A stretch of 64,000 bases of DNA from Azolla caroliniana (GCA_043228905.1 JBHGNT010000005.1:4712001-4776000); one strand, 5' to 3'; positions 13,501 through 27,138 are shown, counted from the stretch's first letter. Program-made: numbers and translations. The notes: generated from the letters alone by a model not told the origin.

Positions 13501-13719
13501 GAGGGAGAGGAAGTTGACTTTGGTTGTGGCAAGTTATTGACTTATGGGTTTTTAGTGTCTCCTTTCAATCTTGTTTGTCTAAGCTAGATGACACATATTA
13601 GAACACTATATGTTGGGCTTTCATCAATATTTAAATAGTGGTATGGTCTCAAAGTGAGTCATGTGATGGCCAAGATTATGGAGCCTTCTAGCCTGCTCTA
13701 GATTAGCATTCTCATCACT

Positions 13720-15480
13720 TTAGACGAAACTTCTTGCCTTTGTAAGCATTCCCATAAACAATGTTCTAGAGACTCTAATCCTGAAGAGCACAACCTGCAT
13801 GTCCAATCATTTCCCCTTTTGTACAACCCAAGTGCCTACATGAAGAGATTTGTGGCCACATAAACATAAGAATGCCTTTATTTTTTCTTCAATCTTTGTG
13901 GCCCATAATTGTTTCTAGTATAGTTTCAGGAAATCGTCATCCAATTCTTCCTTGGTCCACTTACTAGAAAGGCCCTCTTGCTCCATGTTCTTGTGTTGTA
14001 GAATAATGCGGCCAAGCCTAGACGAATATTGGAAAAACTGAATAGTACCTTTCAGAGTTTTCCATCCTAGTTCCGTTGGATCCCACATCAAGTTCTTCAA
14101 GCTTGTATCGTCGAAGATCCAAATTTTAGAACCTACATTGTTTTCGCAACTATTTGGGTCTACTTCCCATTGTTTTTTGCATCTAGTAAGCACTCTATTT
14201 GGCATCCATTCCTGGAATTCTACCATTGTTGTATACCTCCCATAATCTGCATTAGCTCGTTTAATGTCCAATATGTCCCCTCTAGCATTGAAGCGGCCCA
14301 ACCATTTACACCCATCAAAGCCATGTTCTAACACATGAGCTTCCCAAGGATACATCCACATAGAGTTTTTTACATGAGTGTTATCATTTTCTTCCATTTT
14401 ATATTGCAAATTTCCATTGTGTTACTGAATTCCCTGCTAATACTCCCACCACTTAGCCAATGTGGGCCACCATTGCTTTTCAAGATCTGCCCAAGAAAGT
14501 TCCACATCCATTCCCAACATTCTGCCGTTAACATCTGTAATGTTGGGATTCCATAGAAGAGGTTGGTGAGCCCACTCCATGAGAGAGGATGGCTGCCTCC
14601 AATGGATTTCCTCCCTGACCCTCCTCCAAGCAGACATGATGGAAAGCATCAGACAGTCTTCAAGCGCTTTGGAAGATTTGAGCTTCATTCCCTATACAAA
14701 AAGCCATCTGTTTTCCGGCAACCATTTGCCCCCCCCCCATTCTAGACTTCAATTGTATTTGCATATTCATTGGTTGTCTAACTGTCCATATCATCCTACA
14801 TTAGTTAATATATTGCTCTTTAAAAATGCATTTTCTTTTCATGTCTTATATAACTTATACATCATCATGGCCATCTGATTGTTTCACAACCACCAAGTGG
14901 CTAGCAAATTTCAATTTCAATTTATGTCAATTTTCCTTCCTCTACTTTTTTCTCCCCTCAAATCTAGTAACTTCATTCAATTCAAACGTTTCCATCCATC
15001 GTAATATACAATTTAATGAGTATATTTTTGCATTGTGTTTGTAATAATGTAAGAGAGACCGACAACTTCAATTTCCTTGATAGTATACTTGATTGCTCAA
15101 ATTTGCTAATTTCATTTCCCACCCTTTAGGATGAATATTTGCATATGGATCGATTTGTCCATTCATAGAAAGTCCTACCCATTCTTTAGTAGATTCCTCA
15201 CTTCACGAATTTATAAGACCCCGAACTTAACAACCTACCCTTATTCTACTCATACTTGGTAGCTTTTGCACACCCACGTATACTTTTGTATATTGAAACA
15301 TTATAAGAGGAAATCTCATGTTGAGGATAAAACTGCCAAACAATTTTTACAACATATCATATTAGAAGCTTTCAAAGGTGTAAGTGTGCACACCACCTTC
15401 ATGACAGAACTAAGAAACATAAAGGGATTGTGGAAGGGAAACCCCAAAATAATTGATATGAAACAAAAATTGATTTCATA
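13720..15480 (-). mobile_element. Degraded L1-type LINE, 3' part of ORF2
   Basis: Broken minus-strand ORFs (QPLLWNPNI..., WDPTELGWK..., FFQYSSRLGR), a zf-RVT-like end (LWATKIEEKIKAFL...ESLEHCLWEC) near 13740-13910 and a YFGV motif near 15445. Many stops and frameshifts, so the boundaries are approximate. Confidence 0.7.
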
Positions 15481-16558
15481 TAATCATATAATTATTTGCA
15501 ATTAGCCCACTCGAATGAACACATATAACATCATGCATGGCTCTTGTGAGCAAATATGAGCCTTGCATGGAGCTCGCCATGCTATAGGAAGTTGTAAAAT
15601 ATCCATCCTGAAGTGATATTCATATACTAGTCGTATATGAGTCAATCAAGGTCAAAATAGATCACTCTTTAAACATTTATTAAAGAAATTTGTTGAAATG
15701 AAAAGGTGTATAAACAAGCCACTTCATGGTGTTGGAATGCAAGTATATGTACCAATGTGATCTTTAGAATGGTGAAACTTGATATGTAAAAGTGTAGGTA
15801 TCAACCCACATATCACATATGTACGTTTATATAAACCAAGTGTTGCGAAAAGCTATGCACATTGATGAGGTAAATAAGGCTCTTGTTAGAATATGTATAA
15901 ATGGAAATCAAGCATGTTCAATGAAATACAAGGACATTAAACACTTGAGCAAGTGGTAGGGAGCTATGAGCTGTGGCACTTTAGTAGAATTGCCTGCCTA
16001 GACATCTACACCTATCATTGTATGACGGGAGTTGGATTGCAGACATTGATGGCGTACTTCAACATAGCACAAAGAATACAAAAGGCAAAAAATAGGTCGA
16101 TCATGTTGGTTGCAAAATTTAAACACGTAAAACACCAATGATAAAATACAAGAGGAAAAACACATGGATCGTGTAGGTTGCAAAATTTATACATGGAAAC
16201 ATCAATGAAAAAAAACAAAGATCTGTGTTGGGATTATATTGCAAAGAGAAATAGCATTATACATAGCATACATATATATATATATAAAGGTGTGGTTCCA
16301 TGTTAAGCCCGAGGGTGGTAATTTGGAACTCAATAAATGGACTTCCTTCAAGAATAGTAGCAAACATTACAAAGAGGACTGGTAGCACTTTCATATCCAA
16401 ACACATTGACATAACATAAATAGAGTTAAAGTACTGAATAAATAAGGCATCTTCAAGAATGAGAACACCGACATATCCAAACGCCTACATAGAATATATA
16501 TATATATAGATCTCGAGAGAGAGAGGATTAGGACCAACAATTGGATGAATGCTTTTGT

Positions 16559-17470
16559 TTAGGCACTTTGGCAAGTGGCCTTGCAGGAGGTGGCACAATC
16601 ATACTTGCAGGCCGACATCCATCCGCCGCCACCATAGCCGCCGCCACCTTTGCCGTAACCACCGCCTCCGCTGCCGTAACCTCCGCCGCCGTTACCGTAA
16701 CCACCACCGCCGCTACCGTAACCACCGCCTCCGTTACCGTAACCACCACCGCCGCTACCGTAACCGCCGCCGCCTTTGCCATAACCTCCACCGCCGCTAC
16801 CGTAGCCTCCACCCCCTTTGCCATAACCGCCACCGCCGTATCCCTTGCCAAAGCTGCCGCCGCCAAAGCCATAACCGCCACCCTTTCCATAGCCACCGCC
16901 GCCTCCGTATCCCTTGCCGCCGCCACCATAACCGCCGCCACCGTATCCGGGTCCATATCCGCCGCCACCACCGTATCCCTTGCCTTTACCGTATCCACCG
17001 TATCCTCCACCGCCGTACCCGCCGCCGGATCCGTAACCGTAGCCTTTACCTTTATTGAATCCGAACCCAAAGTGGTAGCCGGGCCCGTAGCCGGAGCCGG
17101 AGCCGTAGCCCGATCCCGAACCGTAACCCGATCCTGAACCGTAACCCGAGCCGTAGCTCGCTTGGGTGCATGCGAGTGGGCACGAGAGGCGGGCATTGGC
17201 ACATGTTTTGGTGTTGGCCGTGGTGGCCTTGCAAATGGCGTACTCCTTGGGGGGTGTTACTAGTGGGGTCTTGGTTTTCTCGGCCACGGCCAACTCTTGT
17301 TGGGTGGGAAGCACGACGAACACATTGTGGTCCTCGAAGCTAGCCACAGGTATCTTGGTGTGCTTGTTGTGGTGGTGATGATGCTTCCCATGGGTGCTAG
17401 CCTCTACATTAGAGCCCACTAGGAAGATGAGTAGTAGTAGTGTGATGGGCACCATGACTACCTTCATCAT
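16559..17470 (-). CDS. Secreted glycine/tyrosine-rich protein (303 aa) with His-rich N-terminus and a split 8-cysteine domain
   Basis: Single-exon ORF with a hydrophobic signal peptide (MMKVVMVPITLLLLIFLVGSNVEA), then HGKHHHHHNKH, C-x9-C-x6-CP-x2-C, about 185 aa of G(3-4)YG[SKN] repeats, and CKYDCATSCKATC. TATA-like CTATAAAG on the minus strand at about 17544-17551. Confidence 0.9.
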   Translation of the reverse strand: MMKVVMVPITLLLLIFLVGSNVEASTHGKHHHHHNKHTKIPVASFEDHNVFVVLPTQQELAVAEKTKTPLVTPPKEYAICKATTANTKTCANARLSCPLACTQASYGSGYGSGSGYGSGSGYGSGSGYGPGYHFGFGFNKGKGYGYGSGGGYGGGGYGGYGKGKGYGGGGGYGPGYGGGGYGGGGKGYGGGGGYGKGGGYGFGGGSFGKGYGGGGYGKGGGGYGSGGGGYGKGGGGYGSGGGGYGNGGGGYGSGGGGYGNGGGGYGSGGGGYGKGGGGYGGGGWMSACKYDCATSCKATCQSA

Positions 17471-18299
17471 GGGTTACAAGTGTTAATAGAGAGAGAGAGA
17501 GAGAAAGGTGTTCTCTATGATGTCCCATGGGACATTGGTTCTAGCTTTATAGACATGAAGGGAGGTTGATATTAAACCAAGTCTCTCGTGGGTTGTTGAA
17601 GTAGGTGCCTTTTCCTTTGTCCTCTCATTTAATGCTGCTTCCCCTATCAATCTTTTTGCAATCAATGTTATTAGGAGAAGACGAAAAGTAACAGTTTTTA
17701 CTGACATAAACTTCCATTAGACATCTGGCACAAAATACGTATTTGGGACCCTTTAGCATTCGCATTCGAATTCTCAATCATTTTTAGCGTCACTTCTTGA
17801 ATATCAAGGGCACAATTTTATATTTGTACAAACTAAACCTCGAGTAAGTTTTTTCTAACCTTGTTTGTAATCTTCAGATCAGTGAAGGGGGTATAACATA
17901 AAGTTAATAATATATAAAAGCAACTTAAAGGATAAGTACGGAGTATTTTTGGACTTATCAACTCTCTTCTCTAGTAGCAATAGTAGTACAAAATATGACA
18001 AGATTTACTTTCCACGTAACGACCTCCTTTACGTGCATTGTCGATACCTCCATATTATGAGGCTTGAACCTTCCCTTGAAAGTGAGGTTTTAACCTAATC
18101 ATAAAAGGCATAGCATCTCATGACTGTTAATAATTTCACCCAAAAAAGTTAAATCACTTGTTTGCCTTTTGTTTGTGTCTTTTGCCACCGTGGATAAGTA
18201 GGAAATGACATATTTTCTTCCATTAACATTTCACACATTAGTAGAAATGGAATTCATATGCTCTCATTTAACATTCTTATTTCTCTCTTTTCTGGACAA

Positions 18300-21200
18300 T
18301 GCATTTTTGTTGTTTACATGCGGCGAAAACTTTGCCAATTAAAATGCTACCAAATGTAAATGAAGATAATGGACCCACTTGGTCTCCACCCACTTTCTCG
18401 GCGTGTTTAATGCACAAATTGCATTATCGCTTGGCTACAATGGTTGAACTAACAATTTGGTGCAACAATTAGCTGTCAAATATATTCGACTTTTGGTCTC
18501 TATTAGAGCTTTCATTATCATAGGCTCTTTCTCCCCTACCCTCGAGGCAATGTACATCTACCTAATTTCAATATATTACTTACCATGTTTTCCCATAGTG
18601 ATCTAAGAATAAAGCTTGTGCAAAATAACCTTCATGTTGTCCATTTAACCCCAACTTGCTCACTCTTCAAGTACAAATATGTGTTACCCAAGTGTCAATT
18701 TGCATTGGGGAATGTTCCCAATAGAACATTCATATAATTCTCTAGTGCCTGACAAGTGTGTCATATCATACCACCGTGACCAGATTCCACCATTCACTTG
18801 GTTTTATAATTATCTTTGGTGGTCATAGGTAGTTGCCTACATTATTAGATCAATGGCTACTTTACAGAAGAGAGATGCTCGATGAATATCCAGAGTGTGA
18901 GTTTCATCTGAAAGGGAGGTGTCCCCTAATGAATAATTGGGTGTGAATGTCATCTAGAAGAAATTTGTGCCGTAGTGAGGATTATGTTGTGAGTTGACAA
19001 TATGAAATATTTTATGTGAGCAAAGCTATTAAAGTTTTGCAACGTTCTAGAAAATATGTCGAACATGGTAGAGTATGTTACAATTTGCTATAATATCTTT
19101 CTTGTCTATGAAACTTTTATTTAGCATATGCACATGTAATATTTGATATCAATCTGATATAGGGCATATGTGAACAAGTGAATGCATTCTATGTACATGA
19201 ACTATATAGTCAACAAACTTCATCTGACATGTGTATTTGTTTTAGCCACCGTTATGTTTTACTCAATGTGATGAGTGGTGCAATTAATGTGTCAAAAGTA
19301 TGGAAATTCTACCTTACTTGTTCTTGTGACTTGGAGACACTAGAACGTATCATGATCTCATATCAAATTCCAAAAGATTGAGGAAACATTTATTCTATTG
19401 AATTATGTTGCTACACATTGTTGAGCTTTATGCATATAGCCCTGCATGTCAATATATCAACTTAGAAATCCTAGGACGCAAGCCTTCTTATCGATTTAGT
19501 GATCAAGTTTAGGATCCTCTAACACTCTTTAAAAGCCACATAATTTGCGTCTAGATCTTCCGGATTTAAATATCCAAAAGAACATGATTGCCACTAGTTA
19601 AGTGCATTCTCTACCTAAACGTTAGGAGTCTTTATGTTTTTGCTCTTTATGAATATTACATAAAAAGGTTTGGCAACGTTCTTGAATCTATCAAGTGGCA
19701 AGTTTATAGGTATATGTACTTTAGTTATGGTTGATATACAACACTTCATCACTATACAATGATGGATGGGGTGATCGTGATGTGCTTTTATTATGTCAAG
19801 GGAAACATTTAGAATGAGTATAAGGTACGTTAGTATGAGACATTATGTGCATAGTACAAATTAAGTGCGTGTGGGGAGAGATGAAATTGAAAAACAATTA
19901 CGTTGATAAAGATGAAGACAACATTTGTATAATTAAACAATCATCATGGACAATTGAGATAGTGATAGTACTTGCACTATTGTCCTTTAGGTGTAGGATT
20001 CAATGTACTAGATTCTATCCAATATATCGTTGCGAGGTTGTGTAAATTTTCTCTCAACCATCTACACTGGCTCAAGACACTATGAACGTGATGATCGAGG
20101 ACACAAATTGCATTATGATAAGATGTCTCCACCATTTAGATTGCATGGATCAACTCGTAATTGCACCCTCTTGAGTAAAACGAGCTATATTAGGGAGGGG
20201 ATTGAGTCTAGGTTGTTGTTCAATGAGAAGGGCATGTGATAGTTTTGGGGTGACATGGAGGAGGGTTGGGTAAGATGGAAGAAGGAGAAGAGATTCTTTT
20301 CATGTTGTAGGGGTGGTAGGAGAAAGGTACATATCTCCAAAAGATACATGAATTCAACACTAGTCTTGCACCCTCTTGTGTTGGTTCTATGTCGTGTCAA
20401 GCTATCTAAATGTTGTAATTACTTAAGGTTTCAGTAAGGTTTATAACGAGGTGAGGTGCACACATACATGCTTTCTTGCTTGAACATCATCAAATAATCC
20501 CATTCTTTGAAATTGAGGGGTTGATGGTTGTTCCACAATATTGCTGACCTTGACCACCAATCACGATGTTGTTTGTTGGCCACATAGAGGAACAACACGC
20601 TACCCACAAAGAAGGTATGTCTACAACCCCAAGGGAGGATATGTGCATTGTATCCCTTTTAGAGCTCTCAAGAAAATATGAAATGTCGTAGACTTATGAA
20701 TGGGGATTTTCAATTGCACGGAGGAGATAAGTGAATGTGAGCATGGAGGTTCATCATCGTCTAGTTCAAATCTTGGTGGAAACTGAGGTGGGGTGGAATG
20801 ACGAGGGTGGCCTAGGAAGGTACTACGGATAGTTGAGGGAAGCCAATAGTTGGGATTGGGATTGGGATTAGAGTTGGGGTGGGGTGGGGTGTCATGGGCT
20901 GAGGTAAGATTAGTTGGAAGGTTGTTGTAAACATTGAATGCCTTCTAGAGGTAATGACATATCTTGCATGTAGTGTGTTATTATACCATTGTTGAAGCGT
21001 GGCATAGTGTGTGAAGATTTAGGCGGGGTTACACCTATAGGTGTGGTATACAATCGGGAACCTTGTGTCGATCATCATCATATAGTCATGTAAATATGAC
21101 AATTGGAGAGGAGTTGTGACTGAGAGTCAAGTTGACACTAGTGAATTTTTATTGGTTCTTGCTCATCATAATCTTCACCATCATTTGTTGTGTTGGTGAT

Positions 21201-21700
21201 AACATTATCACAATTGAGTTCTCAAGCCAAAAAAGCTTTTTGAAAATGTCATTGTTGTGGAAGGACCACCACTCTTTTACATTCTCACGAGTTAGGTAAG
21301 TCATTTAGGATTAGACACATATATCTACTGATCATCTGTTCATGTCGATTCGAAAAGGCGGTTCGATACATCCCCTAAAGTTGAGCATGGTAAAAACAAC
21401 TTTTCGTTACTAACATGGAGACAAAAATCTAGCTATATACAGGCTAGTCCTTCCGGATGGTAACATGGCCATAGAAAATTCTGTTTCACTTTCGCAAGAT
21501 TGCTCATTAAGCAAATCTGAAAAGTGTTCCTCCTAATTCTGATCCACGCGTTTCCATATCTACAACGGATTGGAGGAAATCTCAATTCTCTACTGACTTC
21601 CCCAAAGCAGAACATTCCCTCGAGAACTTGTACTGTTGGTTCTAATTCCTTTCATTTTTTTAAATTTTCCCATCGCTGGGAGAGATAGAGAATCTAGGTA
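18300..21700 (-). mobile_element. Possible highly degraded Ty3/gypsy-like remnant
   Basis: Only faint minus-strand peptide traces (RSLWENM near 18590, LRHKFLLDDIH...GH near 18950, gag-like WIR..EEHF near 21540). No intact motif, and the boundaries are guesses. Confidence 0.3.
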
Positions 21701-22673
21701 GCTTCACTATCCATTTCTTAAACCAAAATTTGAACTTAAATTGTTTAATTTTCGTAAAAGGTTAAAATCGTTCCCTGCATAATAAACATAGAGACCGGTA
21801 CTAGACGATGGGCATTATAAAAACACCAAATTTTCTGTCATATTTTTTTTTAGTTCATTCTATAACATTCTCTCAAAGGTTTCCAAATTTTCGATAGTTG
21901 TTTTGACAAATGTCTTCTTCTTCGTAGCTTCATTATGTGGTGAGGTCTCCAAGTGTCAATGCGGCCCCGACTAATGTAGAGGATTTCACTTGGTAGTCAA
22001 TGCACCTTCTCCGGTGGGATTAGGGGTGTAGTAGAGGGTCTCTTGCTTGGTAGTCAAACTTTGATTTCCGGATAGTTGAGTAGTGTGGTACGAGGGTTTT
22101 GCTTGGTACTCGATGTGTGTCATCATTTGAGCCAAAGTTCATGACCTTGATATTGAAGTTTCAACTCGGGTTTGGGGTATGAGATATTGATTAAATGTTG
22201 TTTGGATGTGTAAATTATTGTTCTTGAAGCTAGGTGGCTTGAATAAAATAATCAATTTATGAGGTTCTCTTGTTCCCACTTTTCTCCTTCGCTCCCGTGG
22301 GCGTTAGTTAGAAAGACCATTGTGGAACCAAGATAGGTTTTTTTGTTCTTTATTTGACCCCCAACAACATGTTGGATAGGGTTAGAAAGAACCCAAGATA
22401 GGTTTTTTTGTTCTCTCTTTCACCCCCAAGCTACATGTTGGAACCAGGATAGTTAAACAAGTCTAGAGTGGAATATGATAGTATAGTTTGGAACATGCAA
22501 TAATGTGGTTATTCCTTGTAGATGTAGACAACTTCTCATAACGGTAACAAAGTACTTAGACCTCACATTTGAGGTTGAAAATCTAGATTTTTCTTAGGTT
22601 GTAGAAAGTACTTCCCACATTATCTCATTCACAAAGAGTACCCCACTCAAGGTGTTATCACCACTCCAAGAGG

Positions 22674-22869
22674 CTACAACAAGATTTAACACTCAAGCTC
22701 TTTGATATATTCATGGAACTTGAAATATGGCTAAGAGACTACGACAAGATTAGCATTCAAGCTCTTTGATATACTCCTGGAACATGAAATATGGCTAAAT
22801 AATATCATATTTTCATGCTACGACAAGATTAGCATTCAAGCTCTTTAGTATACTCATGGAATATGAAAT
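22674..22869. repeat. Three imperfect tandem copies of a ~55-65 bp unit downstream of the cupin gene
   Basis: CTAC(A/G)ACAAGATTAGCATTCAAGCTCTTTGATATA...GGAA...TGAAAT starts at 22674, 22739 and 22818. Confidence 0.85.
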
Positions 22870-23162
22870 AAAGCAAACATTTTAAAAGAATATAAAAAAG
22901 ACCAAGATAATAAAATAAAAGCGGCACAAATTAATGTTAAGATATGATAGTGCATAATAAATATATATGATACTCCATAAAAATAACAACAGAAATAAAT
23001 GTTGAGATATGATACGTCTAGCATTACAAAACACAATATCTACAATAACTCAAATATTCTAACAAAATCTGCAATAACACAATATCCTATATGATAAACC
23101 AATATAATAGATTATTTGTTTAAAAAAGGTACACCATCATCTCTCTTATGATTGCAAACACA

Positions 23163-24996
23163 CTAGATCACCTCTTGAGTCTCTACATCAAGGGAAGGAA
23201 ATATAACCTCCTCATGTCTACCAAGTTTGGTGAGCATGTCCTCCTCAACATCAAAAGCTTCCATAAGAATTTCGATTGGAATATTGCAATACACAGAATT
23301 ACGGCCGGCTAAGAAAGTGAAGGATGCCCTGAAACATTCCATTATTAGGAAACTCTTAAAACAAGGGATTCAAAGAGTGTCAAACAAAGATGTGCACATA
23401 TGTGATCACTTACATATCAGAAGTAAGGATGCTAACCCACTCAAGTCCTTCAATGTCGGCAACTATGAGGGAGGGGTAGAATTGAGGTATTAATAACAAT
23501 GCACCTTCTTGGATGTGTTGGTCAAGCACATTCTGCCCATCATAAGAGGCAACTTGGATACACCCACTACCCCTCAACACATAAAGGATATGATGAGCAT
23601 TGTGAGAAAATGATGGCGCCCACATAGAATCCTACAAAATAGTGAAGATCAAAATGTTTGGCATACCACATGTTAAAAAGGTGCATGTGTCTTTGGAAAG
23701 ATATTATAAACATTTCAAATAAATGGTTGGTGATAATAATAATAATACTCACCCCCATGAGGGATACATGCCCCACGCTAAACCCCACATGATGAAGTAT
23801 AGGAAACTTCTGGTTATTGATAAGATGAAACCAACCACCACCTTCAACAACGTGGTCAAATTGTTCTCTATGAATGTTGTATGTAAATTCCATGGAGGAT
23901 GTATGTATGCATGGACATGGACAATCAATGTCATTAATGCAAGCCTCTGTTGTGTTAGGGATCATAACTTTGGAGGGTAACAATGATGATTTTTGTACTG
24001 TAACTTGGTTTTTCATGAGATGTTCATGGAATTGGACCCGTTGTCGCACCTTAATAATTCCGGCTTCTCCTTGTCGTTGAAGTAGAGATTCTAAGAAGCT
24101 TTCCTCCACACCCCAAACTGATGCCAACACATCACGACTAAAGCCATGCAAAAAGGATCCAAAACCATAATTTTCTTTCGTATGATGACCTTCGTGGCTT
24201 GAATCAAAAGAAGCCTTGCCATGACCACCAACCAAACCAAAGTGCTATTCCTCACATTTGAGGAGAAAGTGAGTATTACAATATAACTTATGATACACAT
24301 AAAAGTGTACAATTTAAGTCAAATTACAAAATTGATTTACCTGTACACTGTACTGTTGATCAACTCCCAAGTTAGTGTCCTCGACGCATAATACACGATG
24401 TTGATCATCTCCATCGTTGTACCACCAAAAGGTCACACCCTTGGGTATAGCAATCACATCTCCTCTCTCGACCCTTCGCACGTAGGTTTGCCAAACTCGA
24501 GACTGGATGGAAGATTCAAGTTTGCTATGGATTGAAGAATATTTTGGTGCAATTGCACCCATTACACCTCGTCCTATATATTGATAAAAAACGTCAAATC
24601 CAAATTGAATGATTAAAAGACAATTATTATTAATGCCAAAAGTTATAAACAACACAACATCAGACCACATGTGATTACACAATGTAGACCATGATTATGA
24701 AATATAGATTAACCTTGCATTACGAACGCAATTGAATTTGTGTTCGTATATTGTGGCAACAATAGGGCATCAGGCTCGAGCTCCAGGCAACCCACAGACA
24801 ATTGGGTGGTGCCCATTTCCTCCCAAGAACGAATTCTCCCACCCTCTGACACCAACACATCAAATGGCTTGCCCAAGTCAAGTTGAATCTTGTGCTCCTC
24901 ATCTAAGTCAAGAGTGGTGCCTCTAACAATCACCATGAATGTCATGATGATGAGATTGAGCGATAGAAGACTTACAACAACATTACGAGAAGCCAT
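23163..24996 (-). CDS. Legumin/11S-globulin-like bicupin with signal peptide (463 aa, 5 exons), probable storage protein
   Basis: Exons 24996-24714, 24573-24341, 24244-23753, 23631-23414 and 23328-23163 all have GT/AG boundaries and join in frame (1392 nt). Cupin 1: EGGRIRSW...LLLPQY...FVMQGRGVMG...GDVIAIPKGVTFWWYNDG...GFSRDVLA. Cupin 2: GGW...QKFPIL...WAPSF..NAHHILYVLRGSGCIQV...IPQFY...GLEWVSILT...LAGRNSV...AFDV. Confidence 0.9.
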
Positions 24997-25071
24997 TCTT
25001 TCAAGCTCTTCAAAAATGTATCAGAGATAGATTATTTTTATTCATGTTTTGGTCTTGTAAGTATTCAATGT

Positions 25072-25181
25072 TTTTATATAATAGCTATATTGTGATGAGT
25101 ATTACTTTTTGGAAACTCATCATCGCATGCACGATCCACAATTTAGAACATGGCGCCACGTGTCTCTCTCTAGTAACGTGG
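25072..25181 (-). promoter_or_regulatory. Cupin proximal promoter: TATA box, RY motif and ABRE/G-box
   Basis: CTATTATATAAAAA at about 25071-25084 (minus), CATGCA at 25126-25131, GACACGTGGC at 25155-25164 (minus; Em1a-type ABRE core) and a second ACGTG at 25176-25180. Confidence 0.6.
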
Positions 25182-26676
25182 TTCCTTCTCTTTGACTCAT
25201 TTCTCTATACAATACCTTTTATTTAAGGTTGGATGAGGCATATGGTATATCACATATTCTCTCGTTCACGTTCGAGAAAATTAGTTATTCATACTTCCAT
25301 ATGAACGTGGACATGGATTTGATCGAATTTATCAACTTTCTTGTTTGATATATTAAGACTTCCATCTGAACATGAACATGGACACATATTTGATCGAATT
25401 TATCAATTTTCTTGTTCAAGTGGCTAGCGATATTTCTTGCCATTCATGCCTTTTAATTCATGCAAACTTGGTAAAATTAGTAATGAAACATCAAACACTA
25501 TCCTCACAATGTACTCTCAAGTGTGTTGTTTGAATATACATCATTCTTTCCGTCGGTTGGACCTCATGTGTGATGATAATTTAAAGACTTGGTTATTCTG
25601 AACAATATGTATATTATCGTAAAAAGCTTCCTTGAAATCAGCCTATAAACAGAGGTGTAAATAGAACCAATAAGACACATGAGCTTTGGTTGATAGGAGA
25701 AAATGTGAAAGTACTCTTTTAATAAAGAGTAAATAAAAACTCAACATATTGGTATATATTGTGGGATGCACAACACATGCACACTGCAATATAATTAAAT
25801 ACCCAAAAATATAATGTACCTCATCCTTGTAACAAATTAGGAAATTTTAGATGGTCCTGAAACTTTGGATCTTTCATGCCTTCATTGGCATACATCCCTT
25901 CATGAATCATCACAAAGACACATACCCACTTGAAAAATGCCCTTCAAGGTTAGTATGCTAGTATTATATGCATGTCCTTGATAAGATGCACCACGAGGCT
26001 TGGTCACATTACTTACATGGCATTCATTAAGTTAATCCCATGAAGTTGGAGCTACATTAAAAACTTTACAATTTATATATGCATAAACATATTGGATTCA
26101 ATACATAGGTTGCCTGGAAAGAATTTTTTCCTTGTTTCTCACAAAGAAGGATAAGCTTTCAACTATGCACTTCAATTAGAATCCTCTAAAACTAGTCAAA
26201 GATCTCAATACAACAATTTGCGGAGATCTCACATTTTAGACAACTTTACAATACCCTAATCCTCTTCTTTGTTTGGTCAAAGGAATCCCTTGGTCCTAGG
26301 TGCAAGCTAATTAACTCCCTCGTGGAAATAAAAGATTGTATCTATTAGTTCATTTATCACTTTGTTTATACAATATAATGATTTATTTGCACCACATTGA
26401 CAAGAATGGCAAAACAATGTTACACATTCATAGTCAATAGTTACACCATTCATGTCGTCATGGAGAGCATCTTCTAGTGCCTAAATTCTAATAATAAAAC
26501 TTCCACGCATAGTGAGAATGATCATGTTAATAAGCAATTCCTTTATCTATATCCTTATTTATGAACTTCACTTGCATGGAAAAACTTTTGGATGAAAGAG
26601 TGTATTAGGGTCGTTGTGCTAACATCACATATGAAAGAATAGGATGTTAAATACATGCCGATAATGACGTAGGAAA

Positions 26677-27133
26677 TGTTGTCCAGAGGACAGAAATGTA
26701 AAATTAGGAAATTAGCAAACGCCGAGTTCGAGTATCACGGGCCACCGACGGCTCGGCTGTGTGTTAGGGGAAAAGTTATTTAAACGAGGACCAGTACCTC
26801 AGAGAGGAGAGAGAAGAAAACTATAGGCGGAAGCACTAGCTTAGTCGTTCGTAATTAGATAAACTCGTAAGGTCACCGACCATAGGCCGTGTTCTGTAAT
26901 CTTTTCTGCCATAGTAATATATCTTATTTGTGCCTATTTTTGCTGCATGAGTCTGTGCTTTGATCCATACCTATGAGTTTCACGCCGCCACGTCTATCAA
27001 GACCTCGCTAGTGTTTTCTCTTTGAGCCCTATATCTCTCTCGACGCCTCTGTTACGAGCCTTCACGTACCACGCCCTTGAAGACCGATAGACGCAGATCT
27101 ATCGAAGGTGTTCACCCAAAGGAACGGGTAACA
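26677..27133 (+). repeat. 5' LTR of the gypsy element
   Basis: TGTTGTCC...GGGTAACA. I counted 8 substitutions versus the 3' LTR by eye. TATA-like TATTTAAA near 26777. Confidence 0.96.
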
Positions 27134-27138
27134 CAATT

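Noticed and set aside
11837-13700. 129-aa ORF with an internal ~250-bp diverged repeat and neighbouring retroelement-like sequence
   Set aside because: Probably decayed TE sequence, but I could not identify a diagnostic domain or termini.
16528-17234. Long Ala/Thr/Val-rich and Arg/His-rich ORFs overlapping the GRP in other frames and on the opposite strand
   Set aside because: These are shadows of the GGC/GGT/TAC repeat, which lacks stops in several frames. Only the 303-aa frame has a signal peptide and an ordered Cys motif.
22674-22869. Three spaced repeats superficially like a CRISPR array
   Set aside because: Eukaryotic context, imperfect adjacent units without unique equal-length spacers, and no cas genes.
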